Shown in pieces: positions 39,701-52,100 of a stretch of DNA of 64,000 nucleotides. The notes beneath the pieces are model-generated. The model was given only the letters and a program-made list of their open reading frames with translations, did not search any database and was not told the origin of the DNA. Every line of letters starts with the position of its first letter. Position 1 is the stretch's first letter. The translations under genes were made by a program, and so were the position numbers. This DNA comes from Rhodosorus marinus CCMP1338 (Eukaryota > Plantae > Rhodophyta). The stretch covers positions 2,790,001-2,854,000 of the forward strand of contig JAMWBK010000003.1 of the NCBI GenBank assembly GCA_029953675.1. Direction: 5' to 3'.

Positions 39701-40390
39701 TGGCGAGTTCCCTGGTTGGGGAGAGAACAAGCCCCCTAGGAAGTTCATCTGAAATACTTCCAGCATTCCCATCGAGACTGCTACGCTTCAACAGAGTCAA
39801 AAGTGGAGCCAGAAAAGCACACGTCTTACCGGAACCGGTGCGCCCCATTGCGACTACATCTCTTCCCGCAATAATCTCTGGTATAACCTTCCGAATATTG
39901 ATATAGAAGGAGCTCCGTGGTTAGCTAGAGCGGAAGAGGGCGGGTCAACTCGTCAAAATCTAGTCTAGCTGAGGATTTCGAGTGTCCGCAAAGGTTTGGG
40001 TAATCCAGGCAGTTTTCCATTGGGCAAAAACCCTTATTGAAACCAACAGGGGATTTGACCGCCGACCGAACATGCGCAAACCTTGCAAAGAAAAAGGAGC
40101 GTATCTGAATCGACTCATAGATTCCATACCTTTCTCTGAATAGGAGTAGGAAACCTGTACCCATTCTTCACGAGGGACCTGCGAACCTGGTCGTCAATTC
40201 CAAGCGCTTCGAAACTTCCTTCTTTCAGTTTTTTCTTCTTCTTCTTCGAAACATCGCTCTCCTGCTTCAGGTCATCAGCATTATCATCGCGCTCATCCCT
40301 GTACACTTCCCCATTCTCTTCCACGAGCTGCAGGCCATCCTCATCGGACTCAACTCCAGGAAAGTCCAGGCCAAAATCATTCTCATCCAT
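36797..40390 (-). CDS. DBP10: DEAD-box RNA helicase DBP10/DDX54 (spliced)
   Basis: Q motif [48 protein letters not shown] and [10 protein letters not shown]. The basic C-terminus has the DBP10-type WDRKRKKYV and YKRW elements. Confidence 0.92.
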
Positions 40391-41039
40391 CGCGAATTAA
40401 ACAGAAAACGATTGCTTTCTTACAGGACATAAAGACATAGACAAAACATCTTTATCAATACGTATATACCCAGCGCACAACTGTATGCCTTCGCCATCTT
40501 CGCGACGACATTCAACCGATGGCTTCGACATGGCCGCCGACCGCAGTAGTCTTACTCCTCGTGTTCCTCTTCGGGAAGCTGAGGTGAAGACGAATCAAGT
40601 AAGCGTGAAGCTTGTCTTCTTACAGAAGATAAGGCAGTCGTTGCGTAATGCTGGAATCGATATGTATATAAGAACCGTATGCCTTCGTTCAGTAGTGTTA
40701 GGTCTTCCCTCTGTCGGCAAAGTTTTCGGGGCCATACGGAGTCTGCTTCGGGGCGGTGAAGGCAATAGATAAGCAGTGAAGAAATCAGCTGTATGGAGAA
40801 GAGCATATCTATGGATCTGTATGTTAAATAATCATATTTATGTCTTCCTGCTGTGATATGCCCTGATAGAATCTCGTTCTCGTCCGTCGACGGGAAGTTC
40901 AGGAGGAATCGATTACTCTTTTTCTACCAGGCAAAAAGAAAAGTTTCGTAGACGTAACGTCTAAACCCTACATATACGTGTAAACCATTTCAATGTCTTC
41001 GTTCAGTAATCTTATGTCCTCCCGTTGTAGTGCTCAACC

Positions 41040-42115
41040 CATCCACCCCAGCGATGCCGTAGTTCGCGGAGAAGATGTTTCATATAGAAAACAAAGACCG
41101 ATCTCAGTAGCATCTACATCTTTATGTATATAAAGCATGTCTCTGTATTCGTCCTGGTCATGCATAGTACGTCATCCATAACTTCGCCGTGGACGGCAGC
41201 ACCTCACTCCGCTTGGACGACGACCGTGGTTGGTGGGGAAGGTGTAGAAGCGATGCTTCGTATAGAAAACAAAGACAGGCCTAAGTAGTATCTACAACTC
41301 TATGCATCTAAAGCATGTCAATGTATTCGTCCTGGTCATACGTAGTCCGTAACTTCGCTGTGGATGGCAGCACCTCACTTCGCTCGGACGACGACCGTGC
41401 TTGGTGGGGAAGGTGTAGAAGCGATGCTTCATATAGAAAACAAAGACAGATATAAGAATAGCTACACCTATGCCTATATAAAGCATGTCAATTTTTTCTT
41501 CCCGGTCATAGTACGTCATCCATAACTTCGCTGTGTATGGCAGCCCCTCACTTCGCGTGGAGACGACCGAAGTTGGTGGGGAAGGTGTAGAAGCAATGCT
41601 TCATATAGAAAACAAAGACAGATCTAAGTAATATCTACACCTATTCCTATATAAAGAATGTCAAGTTTTTCTTCCTGGTCATAGTATGTCATCCACAGCT
41701 TGGATGGACTCACTTCCCTTGGCGACGACCGAAGTTGGTGGGGAAGGTGTAGAAGCAATGCTTCATATAGAAAACAAAGACAGACCTAAGTAATATTTAC
41801 ACCTATGCCTATATAAAGCATGTCAATTTTTCCTTCCTGGTCATAGTACGTCATTCATAACTTCGCTGTGGATGGCAGCCCATCACTTCGCTTGCCGACG
41901 ACCGACGTTGGTGGGGAAGGTGTAGAAGCAATGCTTCATATAGAAAACAAAGATAGCTCTAAGTAATATCTACATATAAACATATGTAAAGCAGGTCAAT
42001 TTTATTTTCGTCCTGGTCATAGTACGTCGTCCATAACTTCGCTGCGGATAGCTTAGCCCATCACGTTCTAGTTGGACGACGACCGTAGTTCGTTGTGAAG
42101 GTGGGTAGGCCAATC
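41040..42115. repeat. Tandem array, ~171-173-bp unit, about 6 clear copies plus degenerate copies back to about 40650
   Basis: GGTGTAGAAG anchors at 41241, 41412, 41584, 41746 and 41919 (spacings 171, 172, 162, 173), plus a degenerate copy at 42100. CATATAGAAAACAAAGAC and CTGGTCATAGTACGTC recur in each unit. Confidence 0.93.
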
Positions 42116-42389
42116 GAAAAAGTACTGCTTTCTAGAATTTGGATTGGAATGATTGGGGGAGGAGGACCTTTTGATTGAGATGAAGGAGTCGAAAGACTGT
42201 TGGCGATTCGATTAAGGTTTAGGTTGCATAGCCACTGTGGCTATTCTTCGTTTTGAGATCTTGAGATAGAGAGACTCCTTGGAAGACGCTCCTTTTGGGA
42301 ATTGTCTTGGGAGTGGTAGGGCGAGGAGAACGAGTATTAGTTTGTTTTTTCTTTCGGGTTTTTTGGTGTTTTGGTTCGAGGGTTTTGAG

Positions 42390-42878
42390 ATGGTTTATTA
42401 CAAGGATTGGGATAGATTTTATGAGGCTTCACTTCGCATGTTCATAAAGGCTCCTGAGAAGGTAAGTTGTAGAATTTTTTTTTTCCGTTTGCGGGTTTTG
42501 AGGTTTTGTGAAGGTGGACTGATGGCGTTCTTGTTCGCCGTTCTTTCTGATTTCTTTGTGTTGAAAAGACTCGTTATTCTTTCAAGTATCGCGGAGTAAG
42601 GAAAATACTTGTTTTGACAGTCACGAACAGTAGCAAGGTGGGGTATTTTCTTTGAAAAAATCTTCGGGACGTTCGCCGACGAGTTTTTCAGTTTCGCTGA
42701 GTGTTTCATCTTCCGTCTGAACCCCCAGGTGCTCAAGTTTCGCACAGACCAGAGAGCGGACATCAGGAAGATGGAGAGGTTGACAGAATGGATGCTTTTG
42801 AGAATGACATCGCCGCTGACCAAAGAGGAGATCCAAACAGAGTTCGCTTCGTTGCTGGAAGGAGAAGCCGCGAACTAG
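42390..42878 (+). CDS. SRP9: Signal recognition particle 9 kDa protein
   Basis: Exons 42390-42461, 42569-42637 and 42729-42878 give MVYYKDWDRFYEASLRMFIKAPEK-TRYSFKYRGVRKILVLTVTNSSK-VLKFRTDQRADIRKMERL, a close match to the SRP9 pattern. Confidence 0.93.
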
Positions 42879-43265
42879 CGATCTGTTTCAATAATCGTTA
42901 TCCTTCTTTGGCAAAAACAGCTCTCTTTTATTAACTAGGACGACTTTTAGGTGCTTGAAAAGAGAGTAGTATGGGAACTTCCGATCTCTTCGAGGCGGAG
43001 ATAGGCTTGCTTTGTAATAGCGGTGTCGATGCGCTTGCTAGAATTCTGGCCTTCGGTTCTTTCTCTCTCTTTTTCTTCTCTGTTCAATATCCTTACCTAG
43101 ATAGAGAATATTTACGTGTCTACCATTACAAGCTAGGAGCACGAAGTCGGTTTTTTGATCGAACCCTAGGGATTCTGCAAAGACCTCTGTGTTAGGCCGC
43201 GCACCTTCCTTCGAGAAGGGACGGTGAAGTGGACGAAACGATAAAATGAAGAGAATAGAAAACTT

Positions 43266-45831
43266 CTACACAATATTCTGAACCTGTTCTCTGATTCTCT
43301 CAATTTGCTCCTTGATCATCACGCAGAGCTGACTAACAGCAGCATCGCTTGCCTTTGATGAAATCGTGGACACCTCCCTGTTCATCTCTTGTACAAGGAA
43401 ATTGAGCTTCTGTCCAATCTGTTTCGTAGAAAAGAAGCTCAGCTCAAAGACGGAGATATGAGATTTCAGCCGTACGAGCTCCTCAGAAACATCAACACGC
43501 CCTCCCATGAGCTGCTCAGATACGGATGATAAATTAACATCCTTCGCTATAGAAATGTTCTCGCTCAGCTCGGCCGCCAGGTTTCTCGCGTTCGCCTTCT
43601 CCCGTTCTACAATATCAGGCAACCTGAGTTCGATCTGTTCAACCCGCCATTCGAGGGGCATAGATCCAGATCCTCTGTTAGCGTGGCTGCGCCGAGTTTC
43701 TTCCCTGGAAGAAAACTGAAATCCGTACCTCTTCACAAATCTCCAGAATTGCTTTGCTCCTCCTCAGCAAGTCAAGCTGAAGCGCGTATCCTTCACGGCG
43801 CCGGGAAAGCTTCAGATCGTTCACAGCCGCCCGCACCACCTTTTCAACGAGCGTATACACACCATCGCTATTCGTCGGAGCACAACGTCGTGGAGAGAAC
43901 GTAAGCTCATGTTCGTGAGGGAAGAACCCCAAGCAACCGGGAATTAATTCTCCTTTACGCAGACTTACTCTACGTTACCGTTCTCCTTCTTCACGAAAAC
44001 TTCAGAAAACCTTAGAATCTGGTCCAGTGTCGGTGTGACATCAAGTTCAGAAGCTTTCACCACATCCTCGATAAGGTGCTTCGCTGCTCGCACAGCGTCT
44101 GCATCAACTCGAATGGGAAGTACGAGCATCTCCGAATCCTTACCATCGGAACGGAGAACAAGAAAAACAGATATGAAGTTCTTAGCATGAGTATCGACGG
44201 AGTAGTATCAAATTTGTATAGAGCTTGTTGAACCACGAGGTACCAGCGAGTGGGCTGAGGTGCTGGCATTGGTTTGTAATGCGCATACGCTGGAATGCGT
44301 ATTGCCTGAAGCCGGTGCGCTTGGAAGTCGTTAAAGTAGGTCCAACGAGCCTTACCTTAACCTCTATAGTAACCATCACCTTCCCTCGAAGTAGTTCTTG
44401 TCGAAGATGAGCCGAGATCTCACGTTCATGGGCGGCCAAGTATCTCGGGGATTTCACCTTGTGATTAAGATAAGAAGGCGGCTCGTGTGAGCCCACACGA
44501 ATCCGCTGTTGATGCGCGAAAGGGGAATGCTCTCGCGGGCTTACCGAAAGATCAAAATGCCTCGAGTTGATTGTTCGGATTTCTACCTTGACGCTCAAAC
44601 TTCCTGAGGTTTGCATTGCCGTACCGAAACCAGTCATGCTAGACGCGCCGACTGCGGTCGGGAGGTCACTGGGTAGTTCGTCGTTGATATCGTTCAGATC
44701 ATCGCCTGACCCAGCCCTCTCCTCCCGCTCACGCAGCAACAGAAGTCCTCGAGGTGAATATTGTAGAAGCTCTAGTGCTTGTCGATGAAGGTCAGCCGAT
44801 ACTGCTGCAAGTACAGTCCCATCCGATTCCAATCCCAGCTGCTCGCCTTTTGAAGTTACAAAAACAGCGGAGAAGATAATACGCGTCAACTTCTTAAACT
44901 AGATTCAACGTCCATTACGACGACTGTCGTTTAGACGAATCTTCCAGGCTGAGGCCGAAGTTTCTAATTCACACAGCTCGCGCTCGGTGTTCTGTGTTTT
45001 TCGTTATGCTTTTTGGGTTTCTCATGCTGGAGAGATCGTACCTCTCCAATCTGTAATAACGCCTCCCGCTTCTTCTATGACGGGAACCAGAGCTGTATAA
45101 TCCCAGGGTTTCATATCCGCTTCGCAGATGATATGGACGTGTCCCATAGCCAGGAGGGCGTAGGCGTAGCAATCGCTTCCGAAGTTGGTATATTTACAAG
45201 CCGCTTGAAGTTCTTCGAAAGCCATACGTTCGATGCCAGTAAACATTTCGGGTGTTGTCGCGTGCAAATTTGCTGCTGATAGTTTCGTCGGGACATCTTC
45301 AGGGATCTTGACAGGTTTTCCGTTCAGCGTAGAGCCTCTTCCATGTACACCAATCCATCTTTCACCGGAAATGGGCTGATCGATGATTCCTAAGACAGTT
45401 TTAGGTCCATTCATCAATCCAATGAGGGTCCCGAAGGTTGGCTTCCCCGTTATGAAGGCTTTCGTTCCATCGATTGGATCCAGAACCCACGTGTAATCCG
45501 ATCCGGTAGACGACTCGCTCGTGCCAAATTCCTCCCCAACCACGTGATCATCGGGCGCTTTGTTCTTTAAGATCGTCCTCATCGCGTCCTCCGCGCCCTT
45601 GTCCGCGACCGTGACTGGACTCTGATCGGACTTGAAATCTGTGGAGACACCACCAACCCTCCTGAAATACGGTCTGATTGCATTCCCAGCAGCATCTGCC
45701 AGCTCCTTCCCAAGAACCACATAATCGTCGGGAACTAAATCTACGCACATAGCCAGCCGGTGACACTTTCGGCTTCTCAACATCTTTCTACATCCTGGAA
45801 CCGGTACATTCCAAACAAACCCCATGTCCAT
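43266..45831 (-). CDS. hisN-yicC: Plastid-targeted fusion: histidinol-phosphate phosphatase (HisN/IMPL2) + YicC/YloC-family endoribonuclease
   Basis: Exons 45831-45042, 44846-44545, 44457-44356, 44138-43969, 43867-43729 and 43634-43266 (1872 nt, 623 aa, all GT-AG). HisN part: DQSPVTVAD, GEEFG, WVLDPIDGTKAF, GSDCYAY, MKPWD and ITDWRG|EQLGLESDGTVLAAVSADLHRQALELL. YicC part: SMTGFG, VEIRTINSRHFD, RGKV, RRREG, DVSEELVRL, KLNFLVQEMNREVSTISSK and IREQVQNI. Confidence 0.87.
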
Positions 45832-47074
45832 ACGATTCTTACCGATACATAGAATCTAAAAACATATTGCAAACTATGTCCATTACTCCTCCTTCCTAGG
45901 ACCAAACCAAACCCATAGCCTCTGCCAACCCACAACCAGTCCTCCTCAAAAAAAACCTAAACTGAGATCGTCGATCAACTAAATCCCAAACCCCTTGTTT
46001 TTACTGGCGTTTTTAATGTTTATTCCCAAGCGGATTCTCAAACCGTTGTTCTCGTTATCAATTTCAATGTTTCTAATGGATTTATCATGACATGCTCAAA
46101 ACCGCAGTTGTGGTCAATTTCGATGCTTATAATGGATTTATCATCCTACTCTCAAAACCGATGTTTTCATATTGTTTTAGCGGGCTCGCTTGTCGTTCTA
46201 TGTTTGAGTTTCTAGTATCATATTCGCAATATATTCCTAATAGATCAGGGATTGGGATCCACACCAACAAGTGGTGATTTTGATATCATTTTCAATGTTT
46301 ATTTTTCAAACGGGATTGAGATGATTAGGTTAGATTTCCACCGGTTGAGTGGATGCGTATGGAAAAGGAGTTGACTGCTAGGAAGGTTTACGTGACTAGT
46401 TTGCCATGTTGTTTGTCGCCGGTGGAACTCATACCTGAGCAGTTCAAAGAAGGTCGAGGAATGATGTCGTCATATCGATTCCACCAATGACAGAGGCGTC
46501 GTTTTATTCACAGGTCCCACGCGATAGGGTGGGTGCATCCGTCATGGTGCGGAGGTGGACTACCTCGGATGGGACTCAACAAGACTTCATCCAGGAAGGG
46601 CTTTCAACCTCGATATCGTGATGTATCAAAATAATCGGGTTAGATGAAGGGAGCATTCGGGAGTTCTAGTTCACATGGCGCTTCGGGGCTTTCATTTCCT
46701 GCTCTTCATAACGGAACAAACTCAGCCCCGGACCACCTTGACATCGTACATAAAAAAAAAGGGAGCTAGTTTTGCTGGCTTTGTAACGAGCCCGCCCAGT
46801 CAGTAGAACTCGTCAGAAGAAGACCATTGCTAGGTTGGGGGCCGAGCAGAATCTCGACATTCAGGTCGAACGCCTTTCTGTTCCACGCAAAGTACAGCGC
46901 CAAAGTTAAATTACACATTCAGCACAGCCGTCACCAGCACATTATAAGACCCTCCTCCATTGCGCTCTTATTTCTCAATGACGTCCCCTTGGAACTAATC
47001 AGCGAGGATTCTGGGCACTACGTTGCCTTTTCACAGGACTTCCAAGAACTTACAGCGGCTTCTCGGCTCTTTGG

Positions 47075-47716
47075 TCACCAGTTGTCATTGACCTGCTGTC
47101 TTATGTCCGTAACCTTGTGTCGAACGTTCGTGTGCCGAAACAAGGCGTGTAGACAGATAACTGCAGTAAACGTAGAAGACACAAATGACAGTGAAACACG
47201 TATCTGAGTTCTTCATTCTGTTATCCCGCTGTTACGAGGCAACAGCTGAAGTTCTGATGAACGATCTATAAACGTACTTGAAGTGATGACAAGGAAGTAC
47301 ATGAAAAAGGCTCTGGTCACTCCTGTAATAGCCGGCAAAACAAGTGTGACGACGCACATGAAATAGAACTTTTCTTTCCTCCGAATTTTACGTCCGCTAA
47401 TTATGACCGGTTTCATCGATGTTGCGAAAACCCAGCCTGCAATTATTGTTCCTACGACGAAGAGGCTCCATCTGTGTCGGAGGATAAAGAAAATGACTGT
47501 GAACGCAACCATCACCACGTAATTCGTCTGATAGTAATTCAAGTTCAAATACATCCTCGAACCAATAGTTCGAGCATCCCTCTTTGGTATAGTAAACTTC
47601 TCAAACAGCTCCGACCATGGCCTCGGTGGAATTCGCCACTCACGATTCATCAACTCCTGGGCAACCTCATTACTCCAGAGCCGGACCTTAACGAAAAATT
47701 CCTCTCCGCTCCCCAT
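47075..47716 (-). CDS. PRA1: PRA1 (prenylated Rab acceptor) family membrane protein
   Basis: PRPWSELF, RMYLNLNYYQTNY and two hydrophobic hairpins. An intron at 47161-47277 supplies the C-terminal ICLHALFR...NDNW*. Confidence 0.88.
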
Positions 47717-48142
47717 CGCTCCTCCAGAAAAATCCCAGCTCCAAGACTAAGTAAGCCACCACATCAAACAACCTGAAAGTACAACAACACCCTCCCCCCC
47801 CCAAAAAAAAGACTCCTTCACTGCGTTAACCAAGCAAAAGAGTGCAGAGAACCGTATTCTTATCAAGGAAAACCTCAGAAGCCTCTGACAGACATCTTCT
47901 CAAAGCAGTCAGCACACCAACCTTCTCTAGCGCCCTCCCTATGATCACAACTCCCCAAATTTCTCACGGTCAAGAACCGGGACAGTCCCATTTTGGAACA
48001 CATTACGTCCCATGCAAGAATTTATGTTTAGTTCTAATAATTATCAAATTTTTTTCAGATGGTTGCTCGTAGACGCCTGAGTGAGATTTTGTGAGCGGGG
48101 CCTCAATGGCCTTGTTTACTTCCCGAATGCGAGCAGCTACAT

Positions 48143-48194
48143 GGACACTAATTAGATCGCACTAAAAATTTTTAGTGCGACCTAATTAGCGTCC
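48143..48194. repeat. 52-bp spacerless near-perfect palindrome
   Basis: GGACACTAATTAGATCGCACTAAAAA|TTTTTAGTGCGACCTAATTAGCGTCC; 24 of 26 positions pair. Confidence 0.9.
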
Positions 48195-49130
48195 GTGTTT
48201 TCCGCGTGCGGTGGACCCACTTCCTTCGACATTGGCTTCGTCATCTACGTCAGCTGCTGCGGAAGTTATCCAGGTTAACCTGCAACCCCGGAGGTATGTT
48301 TATCAACGCTCAGGTGGAGTCATTACGGGCTCGCTTACAAATCTTACTCACTAGGCATCTGTCCCTACCGCAAAAATAGCCTCAACTCTTTCAGCTCTCC
48401 CCCATCTGGAGCCAACCGATTCACCAACTCCAGATCGGTAGGGTCCCAGCTCTTCACAGGCGAGAGTTAGACGGTGCTCTAATATAAGTTGAACCATTTC
48501 AATATCGGTGAGTCATGAAATCCAGTCGTGAATTTCAAGGCGACTGCCTCGTTCACCCTTTTCGCGAATTGGCAGTTGGATGAAGTTCTCGCTGAAAATT
48601 AGGCAGGAGCTGTTCACGCTGGATCTCTGGATTGTTTCGGTTTCGATCCGAGTCAACGGTGAAGAGGTGGATCTTAAGAGTTTGAATGTTGCTCTCATCG
48701 CTCTCAGCCAATCATCGAAGGGGCCGCATTGGTAATGCCTTGTTGGATTCCATCGCCCCGCGCGTCACGTCTCAAGGGAGTGAGAATGATATATGATTTT
48801 CGGGCGGCTCCGCGAAGCTCCTGTTTGGCTTGCGGCGATTTGATTCGTAAAGCTTTCATCAGTATATTTATGCAACATAGCCTACGACCTCCAGACAAGA
48901 GAACCCATGTGAACTGTGCAGTTGTTAAAAAAAACATGCATACAGAGGGACTAAGCAAACCGAAACTAGGGCTGACGAAAACACCCGCTAGAAGACAACA
49001 AAATAAAGAGTACGTTTCGCTCGCCTTCGCTCGCTTCGTACCGTTTCGAGATAAGTTACTGCAAAATGCAACTTGACGGGTTCAGCCAATCTCGCATCTA
49101 GAATGTGAACTTCCACCTTTCTTCACCGTC

Positions 49131-52100
49131 CTAACGAGAATTGGCGCCAGGCAGACTGCCCGATGCGGGTTCCCCCGGAGATGACACATTAGCAGCCGCA
49201 GCAGCCGCGGCTGCTAGTGCGCGCTTCTCCGCCCTAAGCTTCGCAGCTTGTCGCTTAATCTCCCTTGCCTTGCGCCTAGCCTCTGCTCTATCCTGAGCTT
49301 CTGCTTTGGCTTGGGCCCTCGCCTCCCGTCGGGCCTCGGCCTTGGCTCGGTTCTCGGCCCTCAACTGCTCTCTTGCTTCTCTAGCTTTCGACTTTGCGAT
49401 GCCGGGGAACAGTAAAGCCTCCAGCTTGTCCGCTTGCTCCTGGTCGTATATCTCTTTGAAAGGCTTCAGCATAGGCAGCATTGTCTCTGTAATAAACCGT
49501 CTTTTCTCCGGCTCACTCCTATTCTCATTCAACCACTTTATAGTGGCCGCCGAGGTCTCCTCCCAATCCTGATCATCCCTGCGTTAGGCAACGGAGTGAT
49601 TACGCTAAGTGTCCAATTTGATAAATCTACACAGCTGCAGAACGTGAAGTGAACGTACTGGAAGAGCTTCTTGATACGATCAACGAAACCCTGTGCAGTG
49701 TCTGCGATGGTAATGTGCGGTCCTTCCCCGAATCCTTCGGCACCTAGCGTTGTCGAAACCACGGGCACACCAGCCCGCATCGGGCTTATTAACCTTCCGT
49801 TGGAGTCTATACCGGATACCATAGGATTCAAATACACTCGAGTCTCACGCATAATCTAGTTGAAAAAACGCAGATTGAAGGATTCTCAGCACAACTCTAC
49901 GATTCAGGGCTTCAAAGCGGAACCCACAACGTACTGAGATGAACACGGTCTCGTTAACTGAGTCCATGCAGTCGGCGTCACTGAGTTTGAAATATTCCCA
50001 CGTGTTCCCTTCCTGAAGATAATTACAAATGGGACCGTAGAATCCAATCTTCACATTTCCCAGCTGCTCCTTAACCTTTGGGAGCACCGTCCGCATGTAC
50101 CAAATTGCACCCTCAACATTTCGAGCGCTTTCTGTTCCGACGAAGACGAGTCTGTTCCTTCCAGCTGCCTTCAGCGGCGTCCTGTAGCAAAACCCCCGGA
50201 TTAGCAAACGAAGGTGAAGGCGAATGTCATCATCCGAGATGCCTCTCGGCTACTACTTACTCGAATGGTAGAGCGTCAATCGACGCGACCTTGGTGACAA
50301 ACCCGGTTTTGTCCAAGAAACACTCTTCTGCCGGATTTTCACCATCCCTCTGTTGTGCCTCGAATTTGTAGAGTGTTCCGCACCAAATTGACCGCGCCTT
50401 CTCAAGGTATTGATCCGCAGTAAACAGAACCAAGTGCGACTTCCTCGCATCGTCTCGCTCATACCAGTACAGCCGCTGGAGGAATCGCCGAACAAAGGTA
50501 AGCTATCATGAAATGAACCAGCACAGAAACGCCCGGTCAGGCGGTAATCTTCACTCACCCCGAGGTCCTCGCGGAACAGTAACAACTCATCAAAATCACG
50601 ATCGATTTCAATCAGCTCGTTGAATTTTGTTTTCACTGTGGGAACAACTCCTCCGCTTGCTCTGTTGAGAACCGTTCTAAACGCGAGTTCCTTTGAATAC
50701 GGATAGGTAAGGCGGAATAAGGTTGGCATCAACAGAACACGTGGTATAGTTGCAAAGTCTTCCAACTCCTCCAGGACTTTCATCACTTCCAAATAATATT
50801 TTTGCCGAATTCCAACCGAATATTCGGGAACCTAACGGTAAACACAACTCGGTATCTTAGCCTTTAGAACATCGCAGCAAGTTCCTTGAGTGAACCGAAT
50901 CCATACCGAGACGACGACATTGAACTGGAGGCATTCCTGCAGGATCAAGAGCTCCTGCTCAATTTTGTCAGGATTACCAGCATCGTTCAAGTGTACAAAG
51001 TGAACGCTCAGGGCCTTCAGAGAAAGTTCGTTCGTAATGGAAGATTTCGCCGTGGGCATTAACGTAAGTACTGTGACTGGATATTGCATCCTCGCTAATA
51101 CCTCTACCAGCTGTAATACACAATAACACGGAGTAATTACCGAATTCGTGTCAGCGAATCGTGTCAGCGGCACCAAGAATTTCTTTCTCCGTCCCCCACG
51201 GTTTCAAAGAATCTGGATATCGCACCTGGAAAATATCCTGATCGTAATGTACATACTGCGAGGGGCTTCGCCAGTATATGAAGAGAAACTTGTATTCCTT
51301 GTTGTGCTGCTGCCACTGCGGCGCTGTGTCACATTTAGTTCGCCGAACGTTGACCTCACTAGCCAGCATTTCGTCTTCCCTGTCGTTGTTCACCATCTCC
51401 AACGAATTGATAAACGTGAACGGTTCAGCCTTGATGATTGGCCTCCCGTTCTCAAAGGTCAACATATCCGCCTCTTCAATGACACTTTGGCGGTAGTACG
51501 GGCGTTTGAAAACTGTCATCTGAAACAAATCGAGCAGAGACTGAGAAGCGTCCATCGCAGCTTTTTCGCGGGCGTACGCAATAGCCTTGGACGATAGTGC
51601 TATTTTTTGTCGAGAACAGAGACAAAAAGAGACTAAGCGACATGCAAGAACGCCATGAAGAAAAACCCTTTTCTGCAGAAGAATTACTTTTCCAATAGTT
51701 TCCGTCCTTGGCGAGCTTGAAGCACGCCCGAGCCAAACTATCAGCATCATTCCCTACAACGATACCGCTGTCAGTCTCAGGGAAGCTGATCCCCCCATAG
51801 GTGGTTGTAACTACTGGAACTCCTCTCGAGAGTGCCAGCCAATTCTTGAGATGTACTCCTGTCCCTGCGATTGCAGGATATGCCAGGACCAAAGCAGAGT
51901 CGAGTGCCTAATCAAAAATATGCCGTCAGTTCCCGTGCTCCAAACGCAAAAGGTAGTTTCGGTCCGTCTGCGTGCACGATATCTTCCGTCCCCACCTCAT
52001 TCAGATTCTTGCCGACGTCTCCGCAAACGACGTTGGCACTATCAGCACAGTTAGGAGAGAATACGACTGCTTCGATATCTGGTATATCGGCGACTATCTT

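Noticed and set aside
41040-42115. Array read as a CRISPR array or as a repeat-protein gene (75-aa ORF with a TM-like stretch)
   Set aside because: There are no unique spacers, and the context is eukaryotic. Unit lengths vary outside multiples of 3 and neighbouring units carry stops and frameshifts.
44182-44915. YicC as a stand-alone gene starting at 44889 or 44915
   Set aside because: The supposed N-terminal extension is the C-terminal segment of HisN, which HisN would otherwise lack, and no stop separates the two domains.
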